From Eledone cirrhosa (Eukaryota), in the NCBI GenBank assembly GCA_964016885.1, contig CAXHJY010000336.1, positions 1-64,000 of the forward strand: DNA of 64,000 nt, read 5' to 3'. Positions 59,698-64,000 of the stretch are shown here, one piece after another (position 1 is the stretch's first letter; each line of letters starts with the position of its first letter). The notes beneath the pieces were generated by a model. It was not told the DNA's origin, did no database searches, and worked only from the letters and a program-made list of their open reading frames with translations. Both the position numbers and the translations under genes were made by a program.

Positions 59698-59925
59698 CCC
59701 TCTCTCTCTCTCTCTCTCTCTATGTCTCTATGTGTGTGTATATATATGTATATATATATATGTATATATATGTGTGTATATATATGCACACACACATGTA
59801 TATATACATACGCACGCACACACATATATACACACACACACACACACACTCTCTCTCATATATATATAAATATTTATATATATTTCTGTGCCTAGGTGTG
59901 TATATGTATAAAATATATATTTGTG

Positions 59926-59996
<71 letters not shown>

Positions 59997-60271
59997 ACAA
60001 ACACATATATGTTCTAAAGAAAATCATGTTCATATGTTGATGTTCAGCTGCCTGGTCAGACATGCTAACAAATTCGGAATAAACATGTACAAATGTTTAT
60101 GGGCAAAACAAAATAAAACGGTTAAAATATTTCCTAGAAAATGTTCATTAAATGTTAATCTAATATTCATAGAAACAAATAATGAAGAGATGTCTCTCGT
60201 TATTTATGTTTAAACCGCTATATGTAAAATTTCTTTTTCAATATGTATAATGTATAGACTTTCATTACTAA

Positions 60272-60339
<68 letters not shown>

Positions 60340-60638
60340 TATATATATACATATATGTAGCAGATTCATAATCATTTTCGTTTACATTGAAGATTGCATA
60401 GGTAATTGGGTACAAAGATAGTTTGCAAATGGATGTCGTCGTCAATAGAGCCTCATTTTCATTTCAGATTGAGCGGATGATTAGAAAAAAAGAGGAATAC
60501 TTACCGATTATACATGTGTGTTTGTGGGGGGGGGGGCGTGTGTATGTATGAAGGCGGCGAATTAAGACTGACACTAACACACATATGTATATATATGTGT
60601 GTTGTATATATATATATATGTGTGTGTATATATATATA

Positions 60639-60712
<74 letters not shown>

Positions 60713-60799
60713 TGGAGATATATATGTGTAATTATATATAAAGGGTGGGAGAGAGATATAGATATATACATAGGTATATATAGTATATATATAATATAT

Positions 60800-60980
60800 A
60801 TTTATTAACATAATAGATTAAAGTTTAAGCAAAGAATCGCTGCTTTCACCCTTAACGGATCTTCTGAAACTTTTTGTTATTTTAATAAATATTTGCTCTA
60901 CGGTTTTTATATATTTGATATATATTTATCTTTATCGAACCCTCTTTGGATTTTAGTCATCAAATTTATTATTATTACTA
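60800..60980. mobile_element. Family-B element with an inverted arm carrying the hammerhead variant (60820-60873, minus)
   Basis: Minus strand AAAGTTT-CAGAAGA-TCC-gttaa-GGGT-GAA-AGCA-gcgattctt-TGCT-T-AAACTTT, with a 7-bp stem I. Confidence 0.7.
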
Positions 60981-61046
60981 TTTATATATATGTGTGTGTG
61001 TGTATATATATGTGTGTGTATGTTTATATATGTATATATATATATA

Positions 61047-61101
<55 letters not shown>

Positions 61102-61328
61102 ATATATATCTATATATAGTGTCAAACGGATTAAATAAAAGATACCAATGCCACACAACCAATCAGCATATATTGATACACTACTGACCAGAGATCGAAC
61201 TCACACCCACCATTGCCACTAAAGCACTTCTCACTTGACCTAAACATATATTGATTCATTCAGCTGTTGTGTGTATATATATATATATTATGTGTATATC
61301 AGATTGATATTGTATGTCTGTGTGTATG

Positions 61329-61372
<44 letters not shown>

Positions 61373-61504
61373 CTTATCTGTATATATATGTATATTATAT
61401 GTATATCATATGGATATTGTATGTGTTATATATATATATCAATGTGTATACATTATACTATTTATTTGAATTTTGTCTGGATATAAATACATATTTTTAC
61501 ACTT

Positions 61505-61560
<56 letters not shown>

Positions 61561-61674
61561 AATATATATATATGTAAATATATATATATATATATATATG
61601 TAAATATATATATATGTAAATAGTATATATATATATATATAATATATGTAAATATATATATATGTAAATAATAT

Positions 61675-61716
<42 letters not shown>

Positions 61717-61723
61717 TAAATAT

Positions 61724-61754
<31 letters not shown>

Positions 61755-61842
61755 AATATATATATATATATGTAAATATATATATATATATTACATAAAC
61801 TATATAATAGTATATATGTAAATTATATATATATATATGTAA

Positions 61843-61906
<64 letters not shown>

Positions 61907-61930
61907 AAATATATATATACTATATATATG

Positions 61931-61970
<40 letters not shown>

Positions 61971-61988
61971 AAATATATATATATATAT

Positions 61989-62042
<54 letters not shown>

Positions 62043-62050
62043 ATATATAG

Positions 62051-62082
<32 letters not shown>

Positions 62083-62136
62083 ATCCATATATATATATAT
62101 ATATACTATAATATATATATATATATATATATCTAT

Positions 62137-62200
<64 letters not shown>

Positions 62201-62424
62201 ATATATATATATATTTGTATATATGTGTTTAACCATAATCAATAAATCTTTAGCCTATTTCATTAATAGGAGCTGATTTTTGAAAATTCTTTCGGGAATG
62301 CTTGCAACTTGACCTTTTTGCTCCCCGAGGGCTTCCATAATTTCTAGCCTCACACTTTCCTGCCACTGTACCAAGAATACTAACCAGCTTTAATGGAAGT
62401 GACAGTGATTTACGGAGACAGCAA

Positions 62425-62476
<52 letters not shown>

Positions 62477-62713
62477 TCGCACAGTCATATACATAAACAC
62501 ACACACGTTGCGACATTTGCTCACACACACACATATATGTATATATGTATGCATATGTGTCTGTATAAAAGAGATAGATAGACGTATATGTGTGTATATA
62601 GATTGATTTGCCTATATGTATATATATATATATATATATTTGTGAATATGAATATCTGTGACAATATATACAGCTCCTCGCGTAAGCTGGAAATAGTTTT
62701 ACACACTTATATA

Positions 62714-62748
<35 letters not shown>

Positions 62749-62817
62749 TATATTTGTAATATATATATATATATTTATATATATATATATATATATTTGT
62801 AATATATATATATATAT

Positions 62818-62858
<41 letters not shown>

Positions 62859-62963
62859 AATATATATATATATTTATAATATATATATATATATAAATAT
62901 ACATTTATAATATATATATATATATATATTTATTATATATATATATATATTTATAATATATAT

Positions 62964-62994
<31 letters not shown>

Positions 62995-63028
62995 TTATTA
63001 TATATATATATATATTTATAATATATAT

Positions 63029-63059
<31 letters not shown>

Positions 63060-63087
63060 TTATAATATATATATATATATATTTATA

Positions 63088-63142
<55 letters not shown>

Positions 63143-63229
63143 CCGTTATACACGCACGTCTATACGAACGAAAACACGCACATAGAAACATCACTTTCGC
63201 AAACACTCATATACATAAAACGCTTTTGT

Positions 63230-63268
<39 letters not shown>

Positions 63269-64000
63269 TCCACGTATGCAGACACACACATTGTGTGTGT
63301 TTAATTCAGCTTTGGACGCCATAGTCACATAAAATTGTACAAGAGTTCAGACATTCTAGTATTACAGTGTTCACTTCAGCTTCTTACTTCATCTATCAAC
63401 CTGTTGTACATCTAAACGTTGCACACCCTTGAGAGAGTACAGTCTCTAACTGGAGTGACTCTCTGATCTTTCGACCTACGCATTCTAGTGAGTCACTTTG
63501 CTTCAAAGACCCTTTGGAGCAACGCCATTCTAACCACATGTCATAGTCTCAGAGCTGGGATCTCACAATTCAAAGTAGTAAAAGCTCTACCTGGAGCGAC
63601 TCTCTGATCTTCAAGCTATTCACTCTATCGAATAACGGTATTCTAGACGCCTATTGGAGGAACCCCATTTTGGCCGCTTCTATTCACGATCGTATTCCAT
63701 CGGTCCATAGGTAAGGCTGGGCTTTAACACCTACTTACCTCCCTTCTCTATTATAAATGCCTTCCAGCAAAAACATAAAACATGTATTAATACACGTAGT
63801 CCTTGTATCTCTTTATATTTGGTCAATCGTTGCTTGTTTAGTAGAAAGGTAAAAATATGCTTATCTAAAGAACAACAGATTGAGACCGAACTTGAAACAA
63901 TCACCTTACGTAAAGAACTTCTTAAACCCTACAACTAGGCACGCCTGATCCAATATCTCCTTCGGGGTTCTTAGAGGCGCTGTATTGACATACGGTGTTT

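Noticed and set aside
62310-62375. P450 J-helix-like peptide WQESVRLEIMEALGEQK (minus strand)
   Set aside because: Too short, no convincing donor site, and no ExxR or heme-motif exon found.

Overview
Eukaryotic, intergenic- or intron-like DNA dominated by (TA)n, (CA)n, (GA)n and (CAC/CAT)n microsatellites. The SINE content and repeat density suggest a coleoid cephalopod such as Octopus (inference). Almost all ORFs in the supplied track are microsatellite artefacts. The main feature is a very young 9.9-kb Penelope-like retroelement (PLE) insertion at 14118-24017: an inverted 5'-truncated arm, then about 2.4 tandem 3451-bp units. It has one intact 879-aa RT + GIY-YIG ORF and one copy broken by a single nonsense change, and it is inserted in (TA)n. 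Manual folding shows an unexpected density of type I hammerhead ribozyme (HHR) motifs. Four copies of a core-variant HHR lie in the PLE UTR. At least 7 other sequence-distinct HHR-bearing mini-elements sit in or near (TA)n tracts, many as head-to-head fold-backs that copy the big PLE's architecture in miniature. One is a 112-bp HHR unit arranged as 1 inverted + 3 tandem copies with (TA)n inside the amplified unit (retrozyme-like). Also present are RTE-, CR1- and L1/Tx1-like LINE 3' relics, tRNA-derived SINEs, a TA-flanked MITE and 36/46/60/84/111-bp tandem arrays. No host gene could be identified with confidence. All structures were folded by eye, not computed.
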